Source: an uncultured archaeon (GTDB taxonomy: Archaea; Altiarchaeota; Altiarchaeia; JAFGQM01). Taken from it: 56,679 nucleotides of DNA. This document shows, piece by piece, positions 20,811-30,140 of this stretch (within the stretch, counting starts at the first letter, position 1; the number at the start of each line of letters is the position of its first letter). The stretch covers positions 185,842 through 242,520 of the forward strand of contig CAZUDQ010000001.1 in the NCBI GenBank assembly GCA_964619365.1, in the 5' to 3' direction. The position numbers were made by a program, and so were the translations under genes. The notes under the pieces were generated by a model that ran no database searches, was not told the origin of the DNA, and was given only the letters and a program-made list of their open reading frames with translations.

Positions 20811-21308
20811 CTAAAAGACGCCAGGTGTAAGGTATCCATAGACCAAAATAAGACCCAAAAGTACTGCCGGATAAAAAATATCCCAGTAAAGTATAAGTCC
20901 CGCATTTCCAGCCTTTTTATTTCCCTCAGTCTTCTCTTTTGTATGGTTTATCGCGCATCCCCAGAGAAAACACGCATAGATTATTGCTGTTGCAAGCCAG
21001 AAACCAAAATTAACTATGAATGCGCCGATTCCCGTTGCAATACAAAGACCCAGACTAACTGACGCGACTTCCTTTTGAAAACCGTTTGAGGTCCAGCCGA
21101 TATATGCCGCAATCTCTTTACTCTTAAACCAATGCCGGTAGAAACCAAAAAAAGACATGATGGCACCACCGATTAACAATGCCTGGATTAACGATACAAC
21201 CCAAAGGACGCTTGGTGCCATAAGGATGTTTAACAGAAAGACAAGAGGGATTATTATTATGCAAATGAGTATGCCATAAGAGTTTTTTTCCATACGTTCC
21301 TTAGGCAA
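20811..21308 (-). CDS. Conserved membrane protein (DUF6790-like)
   Basis: IGW...GFQKEVA, NH....N...GNAG.ILYWDI; multiple TM helices. Confidence 0.65.
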   Translation of the reverse strand: MPKERMEKNSYGILICIIIIPLVFLLNILMAPSVLWVVSLIQALLIGGAIMSFFGFYRHWFKSKEIAAYIGWTSNGFQKEVASVSLGLCIATGIGAFIVNFGFWLATAIIYACFLWGCAINHTKEKTEGNKKAGNAGLILYWDIFYPAVLLGLILVYGYLTPGVF

Positions 21309-21337
21309 TAACTTATAAAAACACCCAATAATGGCGC

Positions 21338-21775
21338 TTATGGCTCCTTATCAATATCTTCTTCCCAGAGTTTCTTGTTATCCTTAATCCATGCGCCGAA
21401 GAATTCGGCGATTTCTGAGTCTTCAAGATTCACTATGTCAACACCCTTTTGTTTAAGGAACGCCTCCCCACCGACAAAGTTCTTGTTCTCTGCAAAGACG
21501 ACTTTTGGAACCTTGAAAAGGGCAATTGCCCCAGAGCACATGTAACAAGGCGATAATGTGGAATAAAGTACACGGTCTCCGTGTTCACCAATGTCTCCTG
21601 CGTCCCTTAAGCAGTCGATTTCAGCGTGCGCCGTTATATCGTTATTCTGGACGCGCCTGTTATGCCCGCGCCCAATGATTTTGCCGTCTTTTACTAGAAC
21701 TGCGCCAATAGGTATCCCACCCTCGGCAAGACTCTTTTTAGCTTGGGCAAAAGCTTCTGTCATAAACTCATCCAT
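21338..21775 (-). CDS. Zn-dependent nucleoside/cytosine deaminase
   Basis: EGGIPIGAVL, HAEIDCL, PCYMC, C-terminal WEEDI like fungal-type cytosine deaminase. Confidence 0.9.
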   Translation of the reverse strand: MDEFMTEAFAQAKKSLAEGGIPIGAVLVKDGKIIGRGHNRRVQNNDITAHAEIDCLRDAGDIGEHGDRVLYSTLSPCYMCSGAIALFKVPKVVFAENKNFVGGEAFLKQKGVDIVNLEDSEIAEFFGAWIKDNKKLWEEDIDKEP

Positions 21776-21892
21776 TTTAGAATAAACTTAGACGCAGATT
21801 AGTCAAAAATAAAGACCGCTTCAATAGACAGCCCGAAAACACAACACATGACCCCTTGGTCGTGGGTTCAAAAAATTGAATTGAAAATAATG

Positions 21893-22024
21893 TGCCGATG
21901 GTGGGACTTGAACCCACGACTTCCACGTGACCCAAGAGCGCTCAAATTTGTGAGTTAAGCCTTCTAAGTTTAGAAGACTAAGTCCTTATGAGCGTGGCGC
22001 TCTGGCCAACTGAGCTACATCGGC
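21893..22024 (-). tRNA. tRNA-Met(CAT), probably elongator, with 58-nt intron (21929-21986) at position 37/38
   Basis: GCCGATG/CATCGGC acceptor; CCACG-CTCATA^A-CGTGG; bulge-helix-bulge with CTCA pairing to intron TGGG. Confidence 0.92.
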
Positions 22025-22096
22025 AAGATGAATCTAGAAAATAGCTTCAAAAAGCGCTAATTTAGCAGCTTCTCATATAAATAATATTCTAAAGCT

Positions 22097-23611
22097 TCAT
22101 TTATTAAGTTTTTCCCAGTCGTGGATTAATCCATTCATCCTTATCCTGCGAAGAAGCGGAAGGGTCTTTGCGCTTTTCCTGAGCTTTTCAATATCGATTT
22201 TTACTGGGTGGTCTATAAACACCGGCGTCCCGCCGGAATTAATCACGTTATTGGGGCTGTCTGGCATATGTATTCCCATCTCAGATATTTCTTTTTGGGC
22301 TGGAAGACCCTTTTCCGTATAGAATTTTAGGTGATTATCGTATTCTTTTTCGTAACCTCTTCGTTTTGCGTTTAATTTCCCCTCCTCAAGTATGAACTTC
22401 ATTTTGTTAAATGTGGGGTTGTCCTCATGTTTAATAGTCCAAAGTCCATCATAAAAGTCCTCCTGGAAACGCTTATAATCTACACTCCTCTTTCTTACAA
22501 CATCGGTTGTCACGCCCCAGGTTTCATGAGGTTTGCGATTTAGGTATCTTTCTTTTGCAGCAGGGTTATCATATGAGGATACGACGGCTCTTGGCTTTGC
22601 ACTTTTTTCTGGAGCAATGGTGTGGAGCATCCTTAGTTCTATAAAGGTCCTTTCTGCGTCATTCTTGCTTCCTTCAGGCCTAAACACTTCGTGCCTGCCC
22701 TTTCTTCTTAGGAGCTGCACCTGACTTTCTTCAGTATCAAACCCATATATCCTCCTGGATTTAATTGCTTCAGGCAGCTTCTCCACTTTCTTTTCAATCT
22801 TAATCTCAGGAAGTTTTTTGTAAGTGTAATTGTCGCGCGCCTTTTGGATCTCAGAAGAAACCCTTCCCCATTCCTTAAGGTAAGTTTTTATCCTGGTTTT
22901 TGTAGCTAGGGAAAGATTGTTTTTTGATTTTAATTTTGACCTTAATTTTTCAGCGTCAAGATTTACCACATGATCGACTATCACTGGCGTCCCGTTTGAG
23001 TTGACATAGTTTGGAGGGGAGTCTGACATGGTAATCCCCCATCCCCGAATCTTTTTATGTAGTGGTAAACCCTCTTTACGGTAGAAATCCATATGTTCCT
23101 TAAATTCATTACCTAGTCCCATTGCTCCTGCGGTGGACTTGGCTTCAAAAAACATATCCTCAACTCCAAAGTTAATCGGAAGCTCGGTATTTCTTAATTC
23201 CTTGTTTGTTTTATACCAGATTTTTTGGAAAGCCTTATGATTCTTGTCGCGCTTTACGATATTCATCACAATACCGTATTTCTCAGGCGCGCTTTCTTTC
23301 ATCTTCGCGTAGCTGCTATTTTTGTGCAGGTGGTCACGTGCGACAAGTATGCTTGGCATCTCCTTTTCCTGTGTGAGGCCTACTACCTTTGGGACGTTAT
23401 CAGGGAAGATTAGCTGGGTTATCCTGTGTTCTAGCTCCCGTTGCCTGGCAAAATTTTTGTCTCCAACAGGCTTAAAGAGGCGACGCTTATTCTTGTAGTT
23501 AAGGAGCTGGACCTGACCTTCCTCACTCTCAAAAGAGTGAAACGCGCGTTTCGGAGAATTTTTCCTTTTGGGCTTAAGGAGCCCGAAGAATCTAGGTTTG
23601 GGTTTTGGCAT
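22097..23611 (-). CDS. Hypothetical protein with MPKPKP leader and two tandem kinase-like repeats
   Basis: Repeats FESEEGQVQLL / FDTEESQVQLL and GITMSDSPPNYVNSNGTPVIVDH / GIHMPDSPNNVINSGGTPVFIDH. Confidence 0.65.
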   Translation of the reverse strand: MPKPKPRFFGLLKPKRKNSPKRAFHSFESEEGQVQLLNYKNKRRLFKPVGDKNFARQRELEHRITQLIFPDNVPKVVGLTQEKEMPSILVARDHLHKNSSYAKMKESAPEKYGIVMNIVKRDKNHKAFQKIWYKTNKELRNTELPINFGVEDMFFEAKSTAGAMGLGNEFKEHMDFYRKEGLPLHKKIRGWGITMSDSPPNYVNSNGTPVIVDHVVNLDAEKLRSKLKSKNNLSLATKTRIKTYLKEWGRVSSEIQKARDNYTYKKLPEIKIEKKVEKLPEAIKSRRIYGFDTEESQVQLLRRKGRHEVFRPEGSKNDAERTFIELRMLHTIAPEKSAKPRAVVSSYDNPAAKERYLNRKPHETWGVTTDVVRKRSVDYKRFQEDFYDGLWTIKHEDNPTFNKMKFILEEGKLNAKRRGYEKEYDNHLKFYTEKGLPAQKEISEMGIHMPDSPNNVINSGGTPVFIDHPVKIDIEKLRKSAKTLPLLRRIRMNGLIHDWEKLNK

Positions 23612-23656
23612 TAATAATTATTCTCAACTCAAATCTTAAAAATACTTAAGCCAGTC

Positions 23657-24712
23657 TCAGGGGGTCAATTCTCTTTTTTCTGCGACCTTTTTCATTTGTC
23701 CGGGGTCAATCCCCTGCGTTATGCCTATAAGTCCACCCATCAGGTTTGTTCCCCAGACAAATATCAAACGATATATGAATATCACAGAAACACCTATTGA
23801 CGGAGGCACACCAAGGGTTGCAAGAAGCCCTGAACCTGTAATCTCATAGACTCCAAGCCCTGAAGGTATTATCATAAGAAGCCCCAGAACAGAAGATATG
23901 ACATGGACATATACTGCGTCAAGAAGACTTATGTCTGCACCAAAACCCCAACATAATGTCATTATGCACAAGGCGTGACAAAGCTGGTTTACGATAAAAA
24001 GAAGAGACATACCAAACAGAGGTTTTTTATCTCCGATTAAAGGAGTAAGTGAGTCATAAGCCTTCCCAAACTCTAAATCCACAACGGTCTGAGGGTAACT
24101 TGTTTTATTCTTTTTTAGGTGATTTCTAACAGAACTTAGTGTTCTAAAGCCCCACCTGATTAGTCTTTGACTCCAGGTGCGCTTAAGCAGGACGATAATC
24201 CAGGCTGAAGTCATAACTATGAATACTGTTACCATGAGTGCTGCAAGAACCAGCATGACTGGGTCCAGACCTATGAATATCTGGGCAAGGATAAGTGCGG
24301 AGGTTGCAAATATACATACAGACAAGCCCCATGCAGAAACATAAATTGCGATTGCGGCAAGGCTCTTGTTATATGAGAGCTTATAGAAGCGCTCAAGGAA
24401 GTATGCCATTGAAGCTTCTCCGATGGGCGTTATTGTGGGAAAGACATTATCAATAAAAGAACCAAAAAGCCAGGCCTTTGCAACACCCAGTCCAGGCGTC
24501 TTTTTGATACCACCTTTCTTAAGGGACCAGAAAAGCACAAACATACCGATTGATATTGCAAGAATATAGGTTCCTATCCCCCCGAGAAGTGCAAGAGGGT
24601 TTATTTGCGTAAGGGCGTTTACGAAATCTTCGCCTGCAAAGCCTGTTGCAAGGTAGAAACCAAGTATCCACAAAACGAAAATAATACTTATAAAGACATA
24701 TTTATTTACCAT
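23657..24712 (-). CDS. Flippase-like UPF0104 / lysylphosphatidylglycerol synthase TM-domain protein
   Basis: DNVFPT...GE, IPSGLGVYE, IYRLI; multiple TM helices. Confidence 0.85.
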   Translation of the reverse strand: MVNKYVFISIIFVLWILGFYLATGFAGEDFVNALTQINPLALLGGIGTYILAISIGMFVLFWSLKKGGIKKTPGLGVAKAWLFGSFIDNVFPTITPIGEASMAYFLERFYKLSYNKSLAAIAIYVSAWGLSVCIFATSALILAQIFIGLDPVMLVLAALMVTVFIVMTSAWIIVLLKRTWSQRLIRWGFRTLSSVRNHLKKNKTSYPQTVVDLEFGKAYDSLTPLIGDKKPLFGMSLLFIVNQLCHALCIMTLCWGFGADISLLDAVYVHVISSVLGLLMIIPSGLGVYEITGSGLLATLGVPPSIGVSVIFIYRLIFVWGTNLMGGLIGITQGIDPGQMKKVAEKRELTP

Positions 24713-24832
24713 TTGAGCTATCCTTTCGAGACGTATTTTAATCTGACAATGCTAAAAAGCCTTTTTAAGCTTGATTTTCAAAATAAGCCGCTCTTGATTT
24801 CTATTCTCCTAATAGTGAGTCAGGGTATTTGT

Positions 24833-24906
24833 GGGCCGGTAGATCAGCTCGGTAGATCGCTACCTTGGCATGGTAGAGGCCCCGGGTTCAAATCCCGGTC
24901 GGTCCA
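24833..24906 (+). tRNA. tRNA-Ala(GGC)
   Basis: GGGCCGG/TCGGTCC acceptor with G3:U70, CTACC-TTGGCAT-GGTAG anticodon arm. Confidence 0.96.
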
Positions 24907-24983
24907 CTTCCATTAAACTTAAGGAAACTCGTGTTCCGACCTACACCAAGGTCATATGCCAAAAGTGCGCATCCACCTTAGTG

Positions 24984-25005
24984 TCCCGGCTCGGTCCACT
25001 TCATT
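24984..25005 (+). repeat. Direct repeat of the tRNA-Ala 3' end (att-like scar)
   Basis: TCCCGGCTCGGTCCACTTCATT versus TCCCGGTCGGTCCACTTCCATT at 24893-24914. Confidence 0.75.
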
Positions 25006-25036
25006 CTTATCCAACCCTCGGATGTCCGATATGAGT

Positions 25037-25606
25037 TTATCTGAATGCAAATTCTATTAGGCTTGCAGCAATTGCTGTTGCCCCGCCAAAAAGAACCATT
25101 TTAAGGCCACCTAACATAATATTCTCCCTAGACATCCTGCCCAGATAAGCCCCAAGTAAGAAAAGAGCGACAAGCGTTGCCGCGATAGCTGCCCAGATAG
25201 CAGATGTAAATGGTAGGATGACAAAAGGCACGATTGGAATCATAGCACCTACAAAAGTCGCAGCTCCGTCAATAAGACCGCTTTTCCAAATGCGCTTTTT
25301 TTCCTTATCAAATATCTTTGTGTTCTTAAGCTCTACGTCACTTCCAACCATCGATTTTTCATAAGAAGAAAATTCTTTCATAACAGCGGCGCGTTCTGCA
25401 GTAAGCGCTCCAAGAAGATTTGATATCGCATTTGCGATTCCTCCCCCAAGACCTGCTGCCATAACAACCTTTGGATCCCCGGCTATTGCTGCGCCGATAA
25501 CTATTCCTAAAGTTGAAAGCGAGCCGTCAATCAGCCCCCTTGTTATGTAACGAATATGCATCTGACTTTTAATCGCTTTAGTCTTGAGGCGTTTCAACGT
25601 CCTCAA
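25037..25606 (-). CDS. VIT1/CCC1 family membrane protein (TIGR00267-like)
   Basis: RYITRGLIDGSLSTLG, GALTAERA, LFLLGAYLG. Confidence 0.85.
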   Translation of the reverse strand: MRTLKRLKTKAIKSQMHIRYITRGLIDGSLSTLGIVIGAAIAGDPKVVMAAGLGGGIANAISNLLGALTAERAAVMKEFSSYEKSMVGSDVELKNTKIFDKEKKRIWKSGLIDGAATFVGAMIPIVPFVILPFTSAIWAAIAATLVALFLLGAYLGRMSRENIMLGGLKMVLFGGATAIAASLIEFAFR

Positions 25607-25868
25607 TTATCTCTTTTCCTGCGGCAATAGAATCCACACTGTGAATGGAGCCGCCATGATCCTCAACAACCTTTGTTATGCTCTTTATGTCCAAGCTAAG
25701 CCCTTCTAAGATAAGCTTTAATGTCTTTACACTTTCGTCAATTTCACTTACCATGACATTTACCCCCACGACATATTGTATTCCCGCAAGTTCCTGGGTA
25801 AGTTCAATCACGTCTGATACATTGGGCACGACAACATCAAGGACAAGCCTTCTAATCTTTGCTACCAT
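25578..25868 (-). CDS. DUF211 family protein
   Basis: IRRLVLDV, GGSIHSVD; typical partner of the VIT-family gene. Confidence 0.85.
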   Translation of the reverse strand: MVAKIRRLVLDVVVPNVSDVIELTQELAGIQYVVGVNVMVSEIDESVKTLKLILEGLSLDIKSITKVVEDHGGSIHSVDSIAAGKEIIEDVETPQD

Positions 25869-25921
25869 TTTATTCTTTCTCTTATTATGAAGTTTTGTTA
25901 CTTGGGAAATTTAAATCCGAC

Positions 25922-26692
25922 TCAATCATGTCCGCCGCTCATCCCACGGTGATTCATCGTGCCAAATTCCGTGCCCTCAAGCTCCTCTGTAGGAAACACG
26001 GGGCCTTGTGTGCAGACACACACACCGTTTCCATCAAGGACACACGAACCGCATATACCCATCCCGCATTTCATATATCGCTCAAGGCTGACTTGGCATT
26101 TTATTCCCTCTTTTTTACAGATATCAGAGACCTTTTTCATAAGAAGCTCAGGGCCGCAAGAAAGTACAAGGTCGTATTCGCCCGTTGCAAGAATCTCAGG
26201 AAGCATATCACAAGCGTGGCATTTCTTTCCGAATGAGCCGTCATCTGTTGTGTATATCACATCAATACCGTTTAATCTTTTCCCAAACTTTATTAAGTCT
26301 TTTGAGCGCGTTCCGTATGCCACACTACAGTTCTCTCTCAACAATTCTACAACTGGCATGAGTGGCGCCATACCAAGGCCTCCTGTGACAATTGCGACCT
26401 TTTTTGCCCCATTTAGATTCCAGCCACGACCATATGGTCCGCGCACACCAACAAGATTGCTTGTTTTCATCTTGGAGAGTTTTTTTGTGAAATCGCCTTT
26501 GACATCAAAAGTTATTTCGATATTCCCCTGGGTTTTGCTAAGTGAGAATGGTTTCTCACCGATGCCAGGAATCCAAAGCATCACGAATTGCCCAGGTGAT
26601 GCATCCAGGGTGGCGTCCAGAGTTATTGTATGAATCCCTACAGCCTCCTTTCTTACATCCAGTATCTCACAGGTTTTGGGTTTGTCAGTCAT
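25922..26692 (-). CDS. pyrK: Dihydroorotate dehydrogenase electron transfer subunit
   Basis: PGQFVMLW, EKPFS, RGPYG, GGLGMAP, CGPE, ERYMKCGMGICGSC..C..GPVF. Confidence 0.95.
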   Translation of the reverse strand: MTDKPKTCEILDVRKEAVGIHTITLDATLDASPGQFVMLWIPGIGEKPFSLSKTQGNIEITFDVKGDFTKKLSKMKTSNLVGVRGPYGRGWNLNGAKKVAIVTGGLGMAPLMPVVELLRENCSVAYGTRSKDLIKFGKRLNGIDVIYTTDDGSFGKKCHACDMLPEILATGEYDLVLSCGPELLMKKVSDICKKEGIKCQVSLERYMKCGMGICGSCVLDGNGVCVCTQGPVFPTEELEGTEFGTMNHRGMSGGHD

Positions 26693-26696
26693 CCTT

Positions 26697-27611
26697 TTAA
26701 TCATTATGTGCAAGTCCGCGCATTGCATCAATACTCTTTATGCCTTCAATTGTGGCAATCTCATCTATCTCATCTGAGATTTCCCTAAATATCCCCGGCC
26801 CGCGAGACCTTACTGCCGTTCCTATTCCAACAGCAGACGCCCCTGCCATTACAGCTTCTACAGCGTCAGTCCCGTTTGTTATCCCACCTGTTGCGATTAT
26901 CGGAACTTTCCCTTCCGTTTCTTCATAAATGCTATAAACGCTTGCAAGCATCACAGGTTTTATACACGCCCCACTTAATCCTCCCGTCTTGTTTGAGAGT
27001 ATCGGACATCTTGTCTTGATATCTATTGCCATTCCCGGCCCAACAGTGTTTATCGCACAGATTCCGTCCGCCCCCGCCTCAACAAGCGCCTTTGCGATTT
27101 TTCCAATATCGGGCACATTAGGAGTTAACTTAACAATTACAGGGAGATTGCTTGCCTCTTTTATCTCTTTCATGCAAAGCCTTGCCGTCTCCACTCTTGA
27201 AGCAAAAGGCACGCCGTGCTCTGCGCGAACGTTGGGACAGGACATATTAGCTTCAAGGAGGTCGGCCCGTTTTCCAATCCTCTTTGCGACTTTTGCAAAC
27301 TCGGCTTCAGTTTTGCCATAGAAGGATGCGATAATAGGTACTTTTGAAAGCTTCTTATATTCTTCTAATTCAGTTAGGCTTTCTTCTAAGGAAGGTGTCG
27401 GAAGACCCATGCAGTTGAGGTAGCCACCAGTGACTTCAACCATAGTCGGGTTCTTGTGACCCGGCTTTTCACTCAGGCCAATTGACTTTTTTGTGACAGC
27501 TCCTGCTCCGAGTTCTCCAGCGCGTACGAGGCTTGATGCATTCACACCAAGTATCCCCGATGCAAGTATTGTCGGGTTTGAGAGTTTTACACCGCAAATC
27601 TCTGTTTTCAT
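26697..27611 (-). CDS. pyrD: Dihydroorotate dehydrogenase class 1B catalytic subunit
   Basis: NPTILASG, NMSCPN, VKLTPN, INT, GGLSG. Confidence 0.95.
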   Translation of the reverse strand: MKTEICGVKLSNPTILASGILGVNASSLVRAGELGAGAVTKKSIGLSEKPGHKNPTMVEVTGGYLNCMGLPTPSLEESLTELEEYKKLSKVPIIASFYGKTEAEFAKVAKRIGKRADLLEANMSCPNVRAEHGVPFASRVETARLCMKEIKEASNLPVIVKLTPNVPDIGKIAKALVEAGADGICAINTVGPGMAIDIKTRCPILSNKTGGLSGACIKPVMLASVYSIYEETEGKVPIIATGGITNGTDAVEAVMAGASAVGIGTAVRSRGPGIFREISDEIDEIATIEGIKSIDAMRGLAHND

Positions 27612-27686
27612 GATATTTTTACTTTCTTGTCCTTATATTTTGATACTCTCAAAAAATAAAGTAAATATAAAGATAAAGCTCAAAGA

Positions 27687-28484
27687 ATGACAGAAGACCC
27701 AAAAGATATGAAATCTGAATCAGAAATCATTATCAGTCAGCTAAGGGAAGACCTTGACAAGAAGCGTCATGATAAGAAGGCCACAGAAGCCCGCGCGTCA
27801 GTTGCAAAACTCGAAGCCGACCTCAAGCGCGCAGTAGGTGACAAGACAAAAGGGGCAGACAAGGAACAGATATTATCAGAGCTTCAGCAAAAGATAAGCG
27901 AGGACGGGCTGACTAAAAATAAGCAGGGTAAGCATGGTTCCAAAAAAGCAGAAGTCGTTGATGAAGCATCCGACATAATCAACCAATTAAATGAAGAACC
28001 CGATAAAAACCAAGGACGCCATTCGAGAAAGGATGATGAGAGTACAGAGACTTCAGGGGCAGGGGATATGGGTAAAAGCATAGTAAAGTACAATAAGGCT
28101 TATCCATCAAAGAGTCTAAGCGACCTTGATCAAATGACAAAAGACGTCCACACACAATTCGCAAGCGACGAGGAAGGAAAAGACGACAAGAGTCCTTCTA
28201 TAGCCGGAGAGGGTGGTGAAAAGTGGTACCAGAAGGCGAACAGAAAAGCAAAAGAAGGAGACCGGCCAAAAGAAGACGCGGCAACATTGGGGATGGACGG
28301 CCTGGGCGATGATTTAGGTTCGGACGTTGGTGATGATACCGACCTTGGAGACGACCTTGGAGGCTTTGGCGACGACCTTGACCCTGGAAAGCTTTCAGGT
28401 GACTTAATGGACGATTCTGACGACACTTTTGACATAGAGCTAAAAGAAGAACCGCCCAAAAAGAAGAAGGAAGACAAGCCATAA
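27687..28484 (+). CDS. Highly charged, low-complexity hypothetical protein
   Basis: Coiled-coil N-terminus, Asp/Gly-rich GDDLG repeats, basic C-terminal tail. Confidence 0.75.
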   Translation: MTEDPKDMKSESEIIISQLREDLDKKRHDKKATEARASVAKLEADLKRAVGDKTKGADKEQILSELQQKISEDGLTKNKQGKHGSKKAEVVDEASDIINQLNEEPDKNQGRHSRKDDESTETSGAGDMGKSIVKYNKAYPSKSLSDLDQMTKDVHTQFASDEEGKDDKSPSIAGEGGEKWYQKANRKAKEGDRPKEDAATLGMDGLGDDLGSDVGDDTDLGDDLGGFGDDLDPGKLSGDLMDDSDDTFDIELKEEPPKKKKEDKP

Positions 28485-28522
28485 ACTCCTTGGATTTTTT
28501 AAAGGCTTCCGACAAAGTTAGT

Positions 28523-30133
28523 ATGCCTCGATTCATAGTTGTTACAGGTGGTGTTTTATCAGGGCTTGGAAAAGGAGTAACAAGCGCCTCAATCGGACGA
28601 ATTCTACAATCTCACGGATTTAGCGTGATGCCCATCAAAATCGATGGGTATCTGAACACTGATGCCGGGACAATGAACCCATACGAGCACGGTGAAGTCT
28701 ATGTGACAGATGATGGCGGCGAAATAGATTTAGACATTGGCCACTACGAGCGTTTTCTCAATCTTAATCTCGGAAAAGAAAATAATATGACAACTGGCGC
28801 CGTTTATGGGTCAGTTATTGCCCGCGAGCGTCATGGAGATTATTTAGGAAAAACAGTTCAGGTAATCCCGCATGTTACTGATGAAATAAAATCAAGGATA
28901 ATGTCAGTTGCCAAAAAACCTGGCATCGATTTCATATTAATTGAGGTTGGAGGAACAGTCGGCGACATTGAGAACATGGTCTTTATCGAGGCTTTGCGAC
29001 AACTATCCGGTGAAAATCCAGGAAAGTTCATGTTTATGCACTTATCTTTTGTCCCGACAATCCTTTCAGGAGAACACAAAACAAAGCCAACGCAGCGAAG
29101 CGTAAAGGAGCTCCAGAGTCTTGGAATCCATCCAAATGTTGTTTTATGCAGGGCTGATAAGCCTCTTGAAGAAGCAATAAAAAAGAAGCTGGCCTTATTC
29201 TGTTCGGTTCCTGAAGAATGTGTCATAAGCAATCCTGATTTGCCTTCACTCTTTGAAGTTCCGATAGTATTTGAGGACCAGGACTTATCTGAGATAGTTT
29301 TCAGACATTTTGGAACAAAAGGGCGCGGCACGGACTTAAAGGAATGGAGAAAGCTCGTAGAAAAGGACAAGAACCCGGAATCAGAAGTCACAATAGCTCT
29401 CGTTGGGAAATACACACATCTTGAGGATGCCTACCTTTCAATCAAGGAATCCCTACATCACGCGGGCGTTGCAAATTCCTGCAAGGTCAATATTCGCTGG
29501 GTTGAGGCTGAAAATCTCCACAAGGCAGTAAAGTCGGGCAAGGGGGAAGAGTTCCTAAAAGGTATTGACGGTGTCATTGTCCCAGGAGGATTCGGGGTGC
29601 GCGGGACAGAAGGCAAGATGGACGCAATAAAGTTCTGCCGCGAGAATAAAGTTCCATTCATGGGAATATGCTACGGGCTTCATATGGCAACAATCGAGTT
29701 TGCAAGAAACGTTTGCGGTATGGACAGGGCGAACACAACAGAATCTGAAAAACCCACAAAATATCCAGTTATACATCTTATCGAAGACCAAAAAACTAAA
29801 AAAGATAAAGGTGGAACGATGAGGCTTGGTGCCTATGACTGCAAGTTAATTCCGGGTACTTTAGCTCATAAGCTTTATGGACAAGATGAGATATCAGAGC
29901 GCCATCGCCATCGCTGGGAGGTCAATGAAGAGTTTGTCCCCGAGCTTGAATCAAAAGGTCTTGTAATCTCTGGAAGGAACCCGCAAAGCGGACTTGTTGA
30001 GATAATAGAACTGCCCCCAGAGATTCATCCTTATTTTATCGCAGGCCAGTTCCATCCGGAGTTTAAATCCAGAGTAGGAAAGCCAGCGCCGTTCTTTGAT
30101 GGTCTGGTCAAGGCCGCAAAGAAAAAGAAATAG
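28523..30133 (+). CDS. pyrG: CTP synthase
   Basis: VTGGVLSGLGKG, NPYEHGEV, KTKPTQ, PGGFG, GICYG, RHRHR, QFHPEF. Confidence 0.97.
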   Translation: MPRFIVVTGGVLSGLGKGVTSASIGRILQSHGFSVMPIKIDGYLNTDAGTMNPYEHGEVYVTDDGGEIDLDIGHYERFLNLNLGKENNMTTGAVYGSVIARERHGDYLGKTVQVIPHVTDEIKSRIMSVAKKPGIDFILIEVGGTVGDIENMVFIEALRQLSGENPGKFMFMHLSFVPTILSGEHKTKPTQRSVKELQSLGIHPNVVLCRADKPLEEAIKKKLALFCSVPEECVISNPDLPSLFEVPIVFEDQDLSEIVFRHFGTKGRGTDLKEWRKLVEKDKNPESEVTIALVGKYTHLEDAYLSIKESLHHAGVANSCKVNIRWVEAENLHKAVKSGKGEEFLKGIDGVIVPGGFGVRGTEGKMDAIKFCRENKVPFMGICYGLHMATIEFARNVCGMDRANTTESEKPTKYPVIHLIEDQKTKKDKGGTMRLGAYDCKLIPGTLAHKLYGQDEISERHRHRWEVNEEFVPELESKGLVISGRNPQSGLVEIIELPPEIHPYFIAGQFHPEFKSRVGKPAPFFDGLVKAAKKKK

Positions 30134-30140
30134 AGTTTTC

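Noticed and set aside
20643-21062. 139-aa plus-strand ORF
   Set aside because: It overlaps tRNA-Thr and the membrane gene on the opposite strand; shadow ORF
24605-24916. 103-aa ORF
   Set aside because: It runs through tRNA-Ala and antisense to the flippase-like gene
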